Notes: generated by a model from the letters alone, not told the origin. Positions 16,939 through 26,824 are shown, counted from the stretch's first letter. The stretch is DNA of 64,000 bases from Pirellulales bacterium (GCA_019694435.1 JAIBBZ010000004.1:22922-86921), one strand, 5' to 3'. Program-made: numbers and translations.

Positions 16939-19566
16939 ATGCTGAACTTCTCGCGACAATACGTCGGGATCGCCTTTGCGCTCTGCGCGATTCAAAGCCT
17001 GACGCTCGTGGCTCGCGCCGAAGAATTGGCAGCCGAGTCGCTGACTTTCGAACAGCACATTCGGCCGATCTTCAAGGCCTATTGCTTCGATTGTCATGGC
17101 GCCACGGACGAGAAGCAGGCCCATCTCGATCTGCGCCTGGTCCGCTTTCAGCTCGCCGGCGGCGACTCGGGTCCAGCCCTTGCGCCTGGCCAGCCCGATG
17201 AAAGCCACCTCGTCCAGCGGCTACGCTCGGGTGAAATGCCGCCGGGCGAGGTCAAGGTCCCGGCCGATCAGCTCGCGATGCTCGAGCGCTGGATCGCCGC
17301 GGGGGCCAAGACGGCCAACGCGGAACCCGAGTCGCTTCCGCCGGGCATCGGCATCACTGCCGAAGACCGTACGTGGTGGGCGTTCCTGCCGCTGCACAGG
17401 CCGCGTGTTCCCGCGGTGCCCGAGAGGGCCAACCTCCGCACGCCCATCGATGCGCTGCTGGCTGCCGAGATGCCGCCGGACGTAAGCTTCGCGCCCGATG
17501 CCGATCGGCTCACGTTGCTGAAGCGAGCCTGCTTCGATTTGACTGGTTTGCCTCCCGCCGCTGAACTCGTCGCGCGGTTTACCAGCGACGATGCGCCCGA
17601 CGCCTACGAGCGGCTGATCGACGAGTTGCTGGCTTCGCCGCACTACGGCGAGCGTTGGGCTCGTCACTGGCTCGACGTGGCCGGCTATGCCGATTCCGAA
17701 GGTGCCACGACCAGCGATGCGCCGCGCTCCTGGGCGTTTAAGTATCGCGACTATGTGATCCGCTCGCTTAATGCCGATAAGCCGCTCGATCGTTTCATCG
17801 ACGAGCAACTCGCCGGCGACGAGCTGGCCGGGCCGGTCTCCGGCGATTTGACGAGCGAGCAGATCGAGCTGCTCACCGCGACCGGTTTCTTGCAGATGGC
17901 TGCCGACGGCACCGGCAGCGGCGACGATTCGCCCGAAGCCCGCAACCAGGTCATGGCCGACACTCTGAAGATCGTCAGCAGCTCGCTGCTGGGGCTGACC
18001 GTGGCGTGTGCCCAATGCCACGACCACCGGTACGACCCGATCTCGCAGGTCGACTATTACGCGCTGCGCGCCGTGTTCGAACCGGCGCTCGACCCGTTGG
18101 CATGGCGCCCGCCGCAGGCGCGGCACGTGTCGCTCTACACGACCGCCGATCGCCAGCGCAGCGCCGAGCTCGATACTGAGGCGCAAGCCATCGCGGCGGT
18201 CCGCGACCAGAAGCAGTCCGAATACATGACCGCGGCGCTCGAACAAGAACTGACGAAGTTCGAGGAGCCGTTGCGGGGTGAGCTGCGCACGGCTTACCAG
18301 ACGCCCGCCGACCAGCGAACCGATCGCCAGAAACAGTTGCTCGACGCGAACCCAAGCGTCAATCTTTCGCCGGGAGTTCTTTATCAATACAACCAGGCCG
18401 CGGCCGACGACCTGAAGGCCTACGACGCCCGCATCGCCGCGGTGCTGGCGCGCAAACGGCCCGAAGAATTTATCCGCGCACTGACAGAACCGGCCGGTCA
18501 CGCGCCACAGACGCTGCTCTTCCACCGCGGCGACTATCGCTCGCCCAAGCAGCCCGTGGCCGCGGCGGCGCCGGCGATCTTGTGTCGCTCGGAGGCGAGT
18601 ACCGCGCTCGCCGATGCGGCGCCCGGTCTGCCGTCCACCGGTCGGCGCCTGGCTCTGTCGCGCTGGCTGACCGGACCCGAGAACCCAATCACGGCGCGGG
18701 TCCTGGCGAATCGTATCTGGCTGCACCATTTTGGCCGCGGGCTGGTCGCCACGCCGGGCGACTTCGGCCGGCTCGGCGCGCGACCGACGCATCCGGCGCT
18801 GCTCGATTGGCTGGCGGTCGAGCTGCGCGACGGCGGTTGGAGCCTCAAGCGGCTGCACCGCACGATCATGCTGTCGACCGCCTATCGACAGTCGTCGCGG
18901 CGCGAGCCGGGTGAAATGGCCCGCGATCCGGAGAACCGTTGGTACGCGCGGAAGAACGTCGTACGACTCGAGGCCGAGACCCTGCGCGATCGCATGCTCG
19001 CCGCGAGCGGCCAGCTCGACCCGACCCTCTACGGCCCCGCGATTCCGGTCGTGGAAGACGACGCCGGCCAGGTGATCGTCGATCCCGCACAGCGTCGGCG
19101 CAGCCTGTACATCGAACAGCGCCGCAGCCGGCCCGTGGCGCTGCTCCAGGCCTTCGACGCTCCGGTCATGCAAACCAACTGCGAAGTGCGGCCGTCATCG
19201 ACCGTCGCCACGCAGTCGCTGATGCTGCTCAATGGCCAGTTTGCCCAAGACCAGGCCGGGGCCCTCGCGCAGGCCGTGCTCGCGCAGCCGAACCCTGATT
19301 TGCCCACCGAGCTGGCCGGCGCGGTCACCGCCGAGAATTGCCCCTCGCTCGGCTTGGGCCGGGTCGTGCAGGCCTGGCAGCAAGCGTATTGCCGACGGCC
19401 CGCGACCGACGAACTGGCCGCCGCGGCCAGTTTTCTCCGCCGGCAAACGGATTACTTGAGCGAGCACGCCGAATCGCTCGCCGCCGGGCAATCGGCCGAG
19501 CATCAAGCGTTGACCAATCTGTGCCAGGTGCTGTTGAGCTCCAACGAGTTCTTGTATGTCGATTGA
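16939..19566 (+). CDS. Planctomycete cytochrome c domain protein (PSCyt1 + PSCyt2/DUF1549 + PSD1/DUF1553)
   Basis: Signal peptide MLNFSRQYVGIAFALCAIQSLTLVARA. CxxCH (CFDCHG) in the N-terminal PSCyt1 region. DUF1549-like segment (WLDVAGYADSEG). Conserved CAQCHDHRYDPISQ motif. PSD1-like C-terminus (LTNLCQVLLSSNEFLYVD). An alternative TTG start lies at 16924. Confidence 0.85.
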   Translation: MLNFSRQYVGIAFALCAIQSLTLVARAEELAAESLTFEQHIRPIFKAYCFDCHGATDEKQAHLDLRLVRFQLAGGDSGPALAPGQPDESHLVQRLRSGEMPPGEVKVPADQLAMLERWIAAGAKTANAEPESLPPGIGITAEDRTWWAFLPLHRPRVPAVPERANLRTPIDALLAAEMPPDVSFAPDADRLTLLKRACFDLTGLPPAAELVARFTSDDAPDAYERLIDELLASPHYGERWARHWLDVAGYADSEGATTSDAPRSWAFKYRDYVIRSLNADKPLDRFIDEQLAGDELAGPVSGDLTSEQIELLTATGFLQMAADGTGSGDDSPEARNQVMADTLKIVSSSLLGLTVACAQCHDHRYDPISQVDYYALRAVFEPALDPLAWRPPQARHVSLYTTADRQRSAELDTEAQAIAAVRDQKQSEYMTAALEQELTKFEEPLRGELRTAYQTPADQRTDRQKQLLDANPSVNLSPGVLYQYNQAAADDLKAYDARIAAVLARKRPEEFIRALTEPAGHAPQTLLFHRGDYRSPKQPVAAAAPAILCRSEASTALADAAPGLPSTGRRLALSRWLTGPENPITARVLANRIWLHHFGRGLVATPGDFGRLGARPTHPALLDWLAVELRDGGWSLKRLHRTIMLSTAYRQSSRREPGEMARDPENRWYARKNVVRLEAETLRDRMLAASGQLDPTLYGPAIPVVEDDAGQVIVDPAQRRRSLYIEQRRSRPVALLQAFDAPVMQTNCEVRPSSTVATQSLMLLNGQFAQDQAGALAQAVLAQPNPDLPTELAGAVTAENCPSLGLGRVVQAWQQAYCRRPATDELAAAASFLRRQTDYLSEHAESLAAGQSAEHQALTNLCQVLLSSNEFLYVD

Positions 19567-21013
19567 ACCGCAGCGTGTCGCCTGTTCGCGGCGCAGATTC
19601 CTGGCGGAAAACGGCCTGGGAATGGGCGCGCTCGCGCTCGGCTGGCTGATGGCCCAGGAAACCGCCACGGCCGCGCCGCGCAAACCGCCCGGGGTGCCGC
19701 AGACCTTCGACACCAGGCCGAAGCCGCCGCCGCGGCGCGCGACGGCCCGAGCGATGATCTCGCTGTTTCAACACGGCGGACCTTCGCACGTCGACCTCAC
19801 CGACCCCAAGCCCGAATTGACCAAGCGCTCGGGCAGCGAGTATCCGGGCGAAGTCACCTTCAGCTTTGTCAATCGAGCCAGCAAAGCCCTGTTCGGCAGC
19901 CCGTTCAAGTTCAGCCCGAGCGGCGCTTGCGGCACCGAGATCTCCGAGTTGCTGCCGGGTTTGCAAGGGATTGCTGACGAAATCTGCCTGATTCGCTCGA
20001 TGCACACCGGCGCGAACGGGCACGAGGTGTCGATTCGCTATTTTCACGGCGGCATTCCCGGCGTGCTCGGTCGCCCGACCCTCGGTTCGTGGCTCGTCTA
20101 CGGATTGGGCTCGGAGAGCCAGGAGCTGCCCGCTTATCTCGTGCTGACCGATCCCGAGGGACACCCGGTCGACGGCGTCAACAATTGGTCGAATGGGTTC
20201 ATGCCGCCGCTCTTTCAGGGTACGGTCCTACGGCCGCGCGAGCCGCGGATTTTCAATCTCGAGCCGCCGCCACACCTGCGCGGCACGGTCCAATCGCAGA
20301 ACCTCGAATTGCTCCAAGCGCTTAATCGCCGTCACGCGGCCGAGCACCCGGGCGAGGCCGATCTCGAAGCGCGGATCGCCAGCTATGAGCTAGCCGCCGC
20401 GATGCAAACCTCGGCCCGCGAGGCGCTCGACATCTCAGGCGAGACCGAGGCCACGCACCGGCTGTACGGCCTCGACCAGCCCGAGACCCGGGAATACGGC
20501 ACTCGCTGCCTGATCGCGCGCCGGCTGGTCGAGCGCGGGGTGCGGTTCGTGCAATTGTTTCTCGGCGGGCAACCGTGGGACAACCACACCAACATTCGCG
20601 GCAGCCTGCCGGCGATCTGCCGGCGCACCGATCGACCGGCCGCGGCGCTGGTCACGGATCTCAAGCAGCGCGGCATGCTCGACACGACCCTCGTGCATTG
20701 GGGCGGCGAGATTGGCCGATTGCCCGTGACCGAGAATCACGGCGACCCAGCGCAGGCCGGGCGCGATCACAACGGCCAGGGATTCAGCATCTGGCTCGCC
20801 GGCGGGGGAATTCGCGGCGGCATGACCCATGGTGCGACGGACGAGTTCGGCCACCGCGCGGTGGAAAACGTCGTGACGCCCAACGATTTGCAGGCGACGA
20901 TCCTGCATCAGTTCGGACTCGACCACCAGCAATTGCTCTATCTGCACGGTGGCCGCGAGGAGCAACTCACCGCGCAACGCGCGGCCCGCGTGCTGCAAGA
21001 GATTCTGGCTTGA
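19556..21013 (+). CDS. DUF1501 domain protein (sulfatase-like, Tat-exported partner of PSCyt/PSD1 proteins)
   Basis: Tat signal SRRRFLAENGLGMGALALG. Hallmark DUF1501 segment MISLFQHGGPSHVDLTDPKP. Its start overlaps the upstream gene's stop by 11 nt, a typical coupling for this gene pair. Confidence 0.85.
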   Translation: MSIEPQRVACSRRRFLAENGLGMGALALGWLMAQETATAAPRKPPGVPQTFDTRPKPPPRRATARAMISLFQHGGPSHVDLTDPKPELTKRSGSEYPGEVTFSFVNRASKALFGSPFKFSPSGACGTEISELLPGLQGIADEICLIRSMHTGANGHEVSIRYFHGGIPGVLGRPTLGSWLVYGLGSESQELPAYLVLTDPEGHPVDGVNNWSNGFMPPLFQGTVLRPREPRIFNLEPPPHLRGTVQSQNLELLQALNRRHAAEHPGEADLEARIASYELAAAMQTSAREALDISGETEATHRLYGLDQPETREYGTRCLIARRLVERGVRFVQLFLGGQPWDNHTNIRGSLPAICRRTDRPAAALVTDLKQRGMLDTTLVHWGGEIGRLPVTENHGDPAQAGRDHNGQGFSIWLAGGGIRGGMTHGATDEFGHRAVENVVTPNDLQATILHQFGLDHQQLLYLHGGREEQLTAQRAARVLQEILA

Positions 21014-21105
21014 CGGGAATTCTGGCCTGAAAAGGCGTCGCAGGCGCCATCTGCGGTGCCCGCTCCGCGCGCTGCGGTGAAGCCGCGCTCCGAGGCTGGC
21101 CCGTG

Positions 21106-22992
21106 TCACTGGGCGGGCTGCGCCTCCGGGAAACTCCAGGTGCCGTCGAGAATATTTTGCCGCGGCCGGTACAGGCGGACCGTGTAGTTCCAGCCAGGCA
21201 TGATGGGGAGATAGTTGGCCGCGTCCGGAGCGCCGCCAAAGCGGATCGTACACGACCCGTCGGCGTTGGGCTTCGCGCTCAAGTTGTTGAACGAGTAGAG
21301 GCCACGGTCGTTTTTCTCGAGAAACCCTTTCGAGTTGTAGACCGTGATCGACCAGAACCCGTCGACCGGCACATCTTTGACCGTGATGGTATAAGGCGTC
21401 TGCCCATCATTCTGGGCAGGGAATAAGCTGGAATAGATGGCAGCCGAAGGCGGATTACCGCCCCAGCCGATCGCGGTGCCGATCAAGTGCAGGATCGGAT
21501 CGACTTCGGACTTGACGCCGAACATCGCCTTCATCTGCCCGTTGACGTGGCTGCCCAGGATGGCGAGGGCGTCGCGGATTTCCGTGCGCGATTGCTCATC
21601 CCAGTTGGGCATCTCCCAGTTGCCCGCGTCGGCCTGCTCGACCGTCATCGCGTCGCGCAAGCGGTTGGCAGTCTCCAAATCGGCGGGATCGCCCGGATTG
21701 GCCAGCGTGCGGACAATCACGAAAACATACCGCGTGCCCATCGCGGCCTTTGTCAGGGTCTGCCGCACCGGCGCATAGTGGACGCCTTCCGTGTAATGGT
21801 CCTGGTTGATGACCTGCATCGCCATGTACCGCTTGCCCGCGTCGGGCAGGCTGATGGTCACTGGTGCAGCATCCAGGTCGAACACCGCGGACGAATAGAG
21901 CGTGTCGCGATTCATGCGCACGATGTATTGCTTGTCGATCGGCGTGAATTCGCGCGGTCCGAGGAGCTTGCCGATGCCGTTGTCGGCCACCGTCCGGCTG
22001 AAATACAGATCGGTCTCGGCTCGGATGAAGTTCTGCACTGTGACCGGCACCGCGGCGCTGGCCTCGGGCGCGGTGCTCTTTTCCTTCGCGACGGTCGCTT
22101 CGAATCTCGCCTTGGCCTTCGCCACGAACTTCTCATAGCCTTGGGGATCGACCCAGGCCGCGTCGCCCAGTCTCGCCGCGCGGGCCAGCTTGTCTTCGTA
22201 GCCGAAGAACTCGGTGTGACACGCGAGCCAGATGTCTGGTTTCAACGACTCGAGGATGCGAAAGGTGCGGCGAAAGTCTTGTTCGATCCCCTCGTAGGAT
22301 GGATGCTTGGAGATACGGTAGCCGGGGTTGACGCCGGTCCCGTCCGGGAAGACCACCGTGTAGGTCTTGCCATCCGAGACGATCTTGGTGACGTAGGTCG
22401 TCGAGCCCCGGGTGTGGCCGGGCGTGTGGAGCGCGGTGATCGTGATATCACCGAGCTTGACCTGCTCCTCGTTCTGAAAGACCACGTCGACCTTGGCCGG
22501 CGCAAACGCGAATTCTTGGTAGGCGCCGTAATGAAAGTCCAACTTTCCGCCCGATTCGAAGAGCGCGACTTCCTCGCGCAGCATGGCGATCTTCCCACCG
22601 GTGACCTGTTTGATGTAGGCGTGTCCGCCGACGTGGTCGCTGTGCGCGTGACCCGTGAGGATGAGTTTGACATCCTGCAGCTTGAACCCGAGCTTGACGA
22701 TCGACCTCTCGATCAACTCGCCGGAGCCCGGCATGCCGGTGCACAGCAGGACGTGTCCCTCGGACCCGGTGATCAGAAAGCATCCGAGCCCCTGGGTGCC
22801 GACGAAATAGATCGGCCCGGCAATTCTGGCCGGCTCGGCGGGCTCATCCCACTTCAAGACGGTTCGCGCTGCTTGCAGAAAGAGCGAGGGATTCTGAGCC
22901 ATTTCTTCCGCAGCCGGTTGACCAACCGCCGCCGCCACGAATCCGAGCGAAACCAATTGCAACCCAACGATCGTCGCCACCGTGTACTTCAT
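21106..22992 (-). CDS. Secreted fusion protein: metallo-beta-lactamase-fold hydrolase (N-terminal) + DUF1254/DUF1214 domains (C-terminal)
   Basis: Signal peptide MKYTVATIVGLQLVSLGFVAAAVGQPAAEE. MBL motif LTGHAHSDHVGGH with downstream HTPGHTRG. C-terminal DUF1254/DUF1214-like regions (YSSAVFDLDAAPVTISLPDAG ... DGFWSITVYN). The track ORF extends to 23211, but that extension overlaps tRNA-His, so the start was moved to the internal ATG. Confidence 0.7.
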   Translation of the reverse strand: MKYTVATIVGLQLVSLGFVAAAVGQPAAEEMAQNPSLFLQAARTVLKWDEPAEPARIAGPIYFVGTQGLGCFLITGSEGHVLLCTGMPGSGELIERSIVKLGFKLQDVKLILTGHAHSDHVGGHAYIKQVTGGKIAMLREEVALFESGGKLDFHYGAYQEFAFAPAKVDVVFQNEEQVKLGDITITALHTPGHTRGSTTYVTKIVSDGKTYTVVFPDGTGVNPGYRISKHPSYEGIEQDFRRTFRILESLKPDIWLACHTEFFGYEDKLARAARLGDAAWVDPQGYEKFVAKAKARFEATVAKEKSTAPEASAAVPVTVQNFIRAETDLYFSRTVADNGIGKLLGPREFTPIDKQYIVRMNRDTLYSSAVFDLDAAPVTISLPDAGKRYMAMQVINQDHYTEGVHYAPVRQTLTKAAMGTRYVFVIVRTLANPGDPADLETANRLRDAMTVEQADAGNWEMPNWDEQSRTEIRDALAILGSHVNGQMKAMFGVKSEVDPILHLIGTAIGWGGNPPSAAIYSSLFPAQNDGQTPYTITVKDVPVDGFWSITVYNSKGFLEKNDRGLYSFNNLSAKPNADGSCTIRFGGAPDAANYLPIMPGWNYTVRLYRPRQNILDGTWSFPEAQPAQ

Positions 22993-23170
22993 CGTGCGGC
23001 CTCGCCCATTCTTGCTGCAGACGTTCGTGCCTCTCGCGGCACTTGGCCTCGCGCGAGGTTTCGAACACAACCACGCTTTCAAAGACGGCAACGCGCGGCA
23101 TCGTCGCCGGGGGCGGTTGCCCGGGAGAAGCCACCTGTTGACCGTCCGTGTCTGCAGATGGCAGGCAGGG

Positions 23171-23245
23171 GTGACTGAGGGGATTCGAACCCCCGACATC
23201 CAGAACCACAATCTGGCGCTCTAACCAACTGAGCTACAGCCACCA
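23171..23245 (-). tRNA. tRNA-His: tRNA-His (anticodon GTG)
   Basis: A hand fold gives a complete cloverleaf with a 7-bp acceptor stem, D-arm GCTC/GAGC and anticodon stem CCAGA/TCTGG. The anticodon loop TTGTGGT places GTG at positions 34-36. T-arm is GGGGG-TTCGAAT-CCCCT. The extra 5' G(-1) pairing with discriminator C73 is diagnostic of bacterial tRNA-His. CCA is not encoded. Confidence 0.8.
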
Positions 23246-23478
23246 TCGCTCGAATGTCCGGCGGTCGATCGCGTTCGACAAGTTGGATACTGGCCAATTC
23301 GCCGCGACCGCGGAGGATTGTGCAATATAAGGCTGCCCGCCGACATGGTCAATGTGGGCACGGTGCGCCTAAGGGGCGCGTAACGCGTGAACAGAGTTGA
23401 AGTTGCGAACCCGATCTCGCCGCCTTATGTCTCGTTCGATGGCGTCTGTAGCGCTCCTGTCCTTGCCAGGTCAATTCG

Positions 23479-24021
23479 ATGAATGAGTCCAAGTGTTTGC
23501 CACTCGAGCGGCTGCAGATTCGAGAGGTGCAACCCGACGACGCAGATGCCCTTGCCGCGGTTCACACGCGCGCCTTTGGACGCGGGGACGAGGCCCGGCT
23601 CGTAGCGGCGATCACTGCCTCGGAGGCGTTCGTACCCGGCCTGTCGTTGGGGGCCTGGTTCGACGGAGGCCCACTCGTTGGGCACATTCTGCTGTCGCAG
23701 ATTCGCGTTGGCTCGCGACCGGCACTGTCGTTGGCGCCGTTGGCCGTATGGCCGGAATACCAGCGGCGTGGCGTCGGCAAGGCGCTGTGCAAACACGCGC
23801 TGCGCCGCGCGGCCGAATTGGGGCACCGTGCGGTGGTCGTCCTCGGGCACCCGGCCTATTACGCGGCTCAAGGTTTCGTCGCGGCGCGACCCCTGGGCAT
23901 CGAGCCGCCGTTCCCGGTTCATGACGACGAGGCGTGGCGGGCGCTGGAACTCGCGCCGGGCGCATTCGCCGAGCTGCGCGGCACGGTCGAGTATCCGCCG
24001 CCGTGGTCAGTGGTGCTCTAG
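23479..24021 (+). CDS. GNAT family N-acetyltransferase
   Basis: 180 aa. Acetyl-CoA binding motif YQRRGVGKALCKHALRRAAELG (Q/R-x-x-G-x-G/A). Confidence 0.75.
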   Translation: MNESKCLPLERLQIREVQPDDADALAAVHTRAFGRGDEARLVAAITASEAFVPGLSLGAWFDGGPLVGHILLSQIRVGSRPALSLAPLAVWPEYQRRGVGKALCKHALRRAAELGHRAVVVLGHPAYYAAQGFVAARPLGIEPPFPVHDDEAWRALELAPGAFAELRGTVEYPPPWSVVL

Positions 24022-24060
24022 CCGGCAAAACCCCGGCCCCCACCGCAGGCAGCGCTGCCT

Positions 24061-24456
24061 TCAGGAATCGACCGTGGAGCGCCTGCCGAATGCTCCCAGC
24101 GCGCAGATCAGGCCGGCCACGATGAAACCGAGAAAGAACGGCTGGTAGTTGCGATACACAAACGCGCCGGCGCCGAACAGCCCGAGCGCCAGCCCGACAA
24201 TGATGAATGGCGCAGGGCTTTGCTGCCGTCCGCGCAACTGCGCGATCGACGCGGTGATCACGATCAGCCCGAACGCCGCCAGGCAGACACCGCCGAAGTG
24301 CCAGCCGGCAGCGATGCCGGCGATCAACTCCGGGTCGACTTTCGATGCGGCCAATTGTCCGAGGATCTCGGGACCACCGGCCAAGGAATGCCCCAACGAA
24401 CTGACGAGCACCAGGATGCCACCCAGCAGCGCTGCGATCGATGGCGCCTTATGCAT
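24061..24456 (-). CDS. Hypothetical small integral membrane protein
   Basis: About 4 predicted TM helices (IAALLGGILVLVSSL, HFGGVCLAAFGLIVITASI, FIIVGLALGLFGAGAFVY, FFLGFIVAGLICALGAF). Start set at the internal ATG (MHKAPS...). Confidence 0.5.
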   Translation of the reverse strand: MHKAPSIAALLGGILVLVSSLGHSLAGGPEILGQLAASKVDPELIAGIAAGWHFGGVCLAAFGLIVITASIAQLRGRQQSPAPFIIVGLALGLFGAGAFVYRNYQPFFLGFIVAGLICALGAFGRRSTVDS

Positions 24457-24493
24457 GTGCTTCCCTTCCCGGGGTGCTTGAGGCAAGTTTCGG

Positions 24494-25273
24494 TCAAAAC
24501 GGAAACTGCTCGTCCAAGGGGCTTGCGGCAAGTTCGACGAGGAAAGTGGCGAGCCGCTCGACGAGTAGTTCCATCATCCGCCGGCCTTTTTCGGCCGTCG
24601 CGGCGTGAGGGTTGCCGCTGCCGGTGTTGGTCGTGAGCAGATGCCACGGACGCGTGATCGATACCCAGCCGCGGTTGACTGCCTCGAAGCGCGTCGGCCG
24701 CACGGTTCCGTCGTCGGCGGCGAGGCTGCCGTCGGGTCGCAGCGCCACCAACTCGGGAAACCACGCCAGCGCAAACGACGTTTCCAACTCGCCGGCATGG
24801 TCGCCTGGCTCGGCGAACAGCTCGTGTTCCACGTCGGCCAGCACGCGATACCAGTTGCACAGGAACAACTGCGCGGGAGTGCGGCCGAACAGTTCGCGCA
24901 GCACCGGCTTGAAATCGTTGCCGCCGTGGCTGTTGAGCAGCACGATCTTGCGGATGCCGCTGCCGACGAGCGATTCGACCACGTCGCCGATGACGCGCGC
25001 CAGGGTCGAAGGATGCACGTTGATCGACAGCGGAAAGGCCTGCTGATTGGTTTCCGTGCCAAAGGGAATCGTGGGCAGCAGCACCACCTTCGCGCCGCGC
25101 TGCCACGCCGCGGCGCAAAGCTGCTCGCCCACGACGTCGGCCTCGAACAGATCGGTGCCATAGGGCAGATGCAGGTTATGGGGCTCGGTGGCGCCAAATG
25201 GCAGCACGGCCACGTCGAAGGCCGTTTGCTTCACCGCGGCATAATTGGTTTCGCTCAGCTTCCAGGGACGCAC
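24494..25273 (-). CDS. Creatininase (creatinine amidohydrolase) family protein
   Basis: GTG start. Motifs VLPFGATEPHNLHLPYGTD and VLLNSHGGN ... GDHAGELETS are characteristic of the creatininase/MftE fold. Confidence 0.75.
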   Translation of the reverse strand: MRPWKLSETNYAAVKQTAFDVAVLPFGATEPHNLHLPYGTDLFEADVVGEQLCAAAWQRGAKVVLLPTIPFGTETNQQAFPLSINVHPSTLARVIGDVVESLVGSGIRKIVLLNSHGGNDFKPVLRELFGRTPAQLFLCNWYRVLADVEHELFAEPGDHAGELETSFALAWFPELVALRPDGSLAADDGTVRPTRFEAVNRGWVSITRPWHLLTTNTGSGNPHAATAEKGRRMMELLVERLATFLVELAASPLDEQFPF

Positions 25274-25297
25274 GTCGTTCGGCTCTCGATCGCGGGG

Positions 25298-26824
25298 TCA
25301 ACGGTCAGCCGGCACGTCGGCCGGCGATTTCAGGGTGACGTCGGGCAAGGCCTGTAAAAAGGCGCGATACTGCTGGTCGAGCTCGGCATAGCTCTGGCCG
25401 GTGAGCTCGGCCAAGGTCTCGGGCCCCGCCTGCCCGCCGTACACGGCCAGCAGATACCGCACGAGCGCCTCGCGATAGCGGCCGGCCTCGGCGTGCATCA
25501 GGAAATGCGCGAGCCCACTGGCCTGACTATAGATCATCGCGATGCGTTCGTCGTGCTGCAATTGATCGCGGCCAAACCGCGTCAGTTCGGCCAGGGGCAC
25601 GTAGAAACCGTCGCCGAGCAACCGTTGCCGCGCGGCCTGCAGCCGCACATTGTCGGGCCCGCCGAGCGTCGCGTAGCCGTCGTGTTCGACCAGCGACTCC
25701 ATATAGAGCGCGATCCCTTCGATGATCCAGAAGTTGTCGCGCAAGCCCGGCTCGTCGCTCGTGGCCCGCGTTTCGCTGAACAATTGGTGTGTCGCCTCGT
25801 GATCGAGCGTGGCGTCGTCCTGCTCTTCGTCGGCAAAGAAATAGGCCGTCTTGGTCGAGCCGAAATAGATGCCGATCGTGATCTCGATGTTCGGCTGCGC
25901 CGGGCGCAAGGCCGTGACGTATTCCTCGCGGTCGCGGAAATAGACCACCCGCAGCGAAGGGGTTGCGCCGCGTCGCGCGGAGCCTTGCCCCTCTAGCCCC
26001 CGGGCGAGTTGCTCCTGCGTGACGGTATAAGACGCGAACGTCTGCTGCCAGACGTCGTACAGACGTTCGAGCCGGGCCGCGAGTCGTGCGCCCGATTCGA
26101 GTTGATGATTCGTGATCACCAGGTAATGTTCGGTCTCGACTTGCCACGAATGGAGAATATCGGCGTGCAGTCGGGCATCCTCGGCGGCCGAAATCCACCG
26201 CCCCCGGTGAAATCGTTCGCCCTGTTCATAGCGCGCCAACCGATCGGCCGGCAGCCAGCCGAAGCGATCGTCCCAGACTTGCTTGGCCGCCGCCTTGCGT
26301 ACTTCATACGGCGTGGCCCAGCGCCGGCCGCTGCGGCGCTGGCCGAGCAGCTTGCGCGCCGCCTCGTGATCGGGATTTTCGCGCAGCGTGTTGAGCACCA
26401 AGCGATAGGCCAACGACGTTTGACCCAGTCCGATCGCGCGGCGGGCCAGCGCAAACAGGGCGTCGGCCTGGCGATCGCGCGCCGCGCGCCAGGCATCGCG
26501 CCAGCGCTGTTGCTGCTCGTCGAGCGGACCGTCGGCGTCGACATCGAGATCGTGCTGGCGCGGCACGCGCACCAGCACCAAGCGTTGCGGATCGTCGGGC
26601 AGCTTCCAGCGCCGCGCTTGCGCCGCTTCGGCGGCCAGTCCTCGGCTCTCGGCATCGTGGGCCAACTGCTCGAGCTGTTGGCCCCAGGTTGCCTCGAGCT
26701 TGGACTGCGCCTGCTGAATCTCCTGCGCCGCGACGGGCCCAGGCGCCGCAGCCACGAATAGCACGGCCACGCACCGGCTCCAGGCGCCCAGGCGAGCGTT
26801 CGAGCACGGCGCGAAGAATTGCAT
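25298..26824 (-). CDS. Secreted putative zinc metallopeptidase (HExxH; DUF1570-like)
   Basis: Signal peptide. HEATH motif (LDHEATHQLFSE). The C-terminal region resembles the planctomycete DUF1570 family; the family assignment is tentative. Confidence 0.55.
   Translation of the reverse strand: MQFFAPCSNARLGAWSRCVAVLFVAAAPGPVAAQEIQQAQSKLEATWGQQLEQLAHDAESRGLAAEAAQARRWKLPDDPQRLVLVRVPRQHDLDVDADGPLDEQQQRWRDAWRAARDRQADALFALARRAIGLGQTSLAYRLVLNTLRENPDHEAARKLLGQRRSGRRWATPYEVRKAAAKQVWDDRFGWLPADRLARYEQGERFHRGRWISAAEDARLHADILHSWQVETEHYLVITNHQLESGARLAARLERLYDVWQQTFASYTVTQEQLARGLEGQGSARRGATPSLRVVYFRDREEYVTALRPAQPNIEITIGIYFGSTKTAYFFADEEQDDATLDHEATHQLFSETRATSDEPGLRDNFWIIEGIALYMESLVEHDGYATLGGPDNVRLQAARQRLLGDGFYVPLAELTRFGRDQLQHDERIAMIYSQASGLAHFLMHAEAGRYREALVRYLLAVYGGQAGPETLAELTGQSYAELDQQYRAFLQALPDVTLKSPADVPADR

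Noticed and set aside
22993-23211. N-terminal 73 codons of track ORF 21106..23211
   Set aside because: They overlap the tRNA-His gene (23171..23245) on the same strand, and the internal Met gives a canonical signal peptide.
24605-25357. Plus-strand ORFs 24605..25357 and 24612..25046 antisense to the creatininase-family gene
   Set aside because: The creatininase translation has clear family motifs, whereas the antisense ORFs do not.
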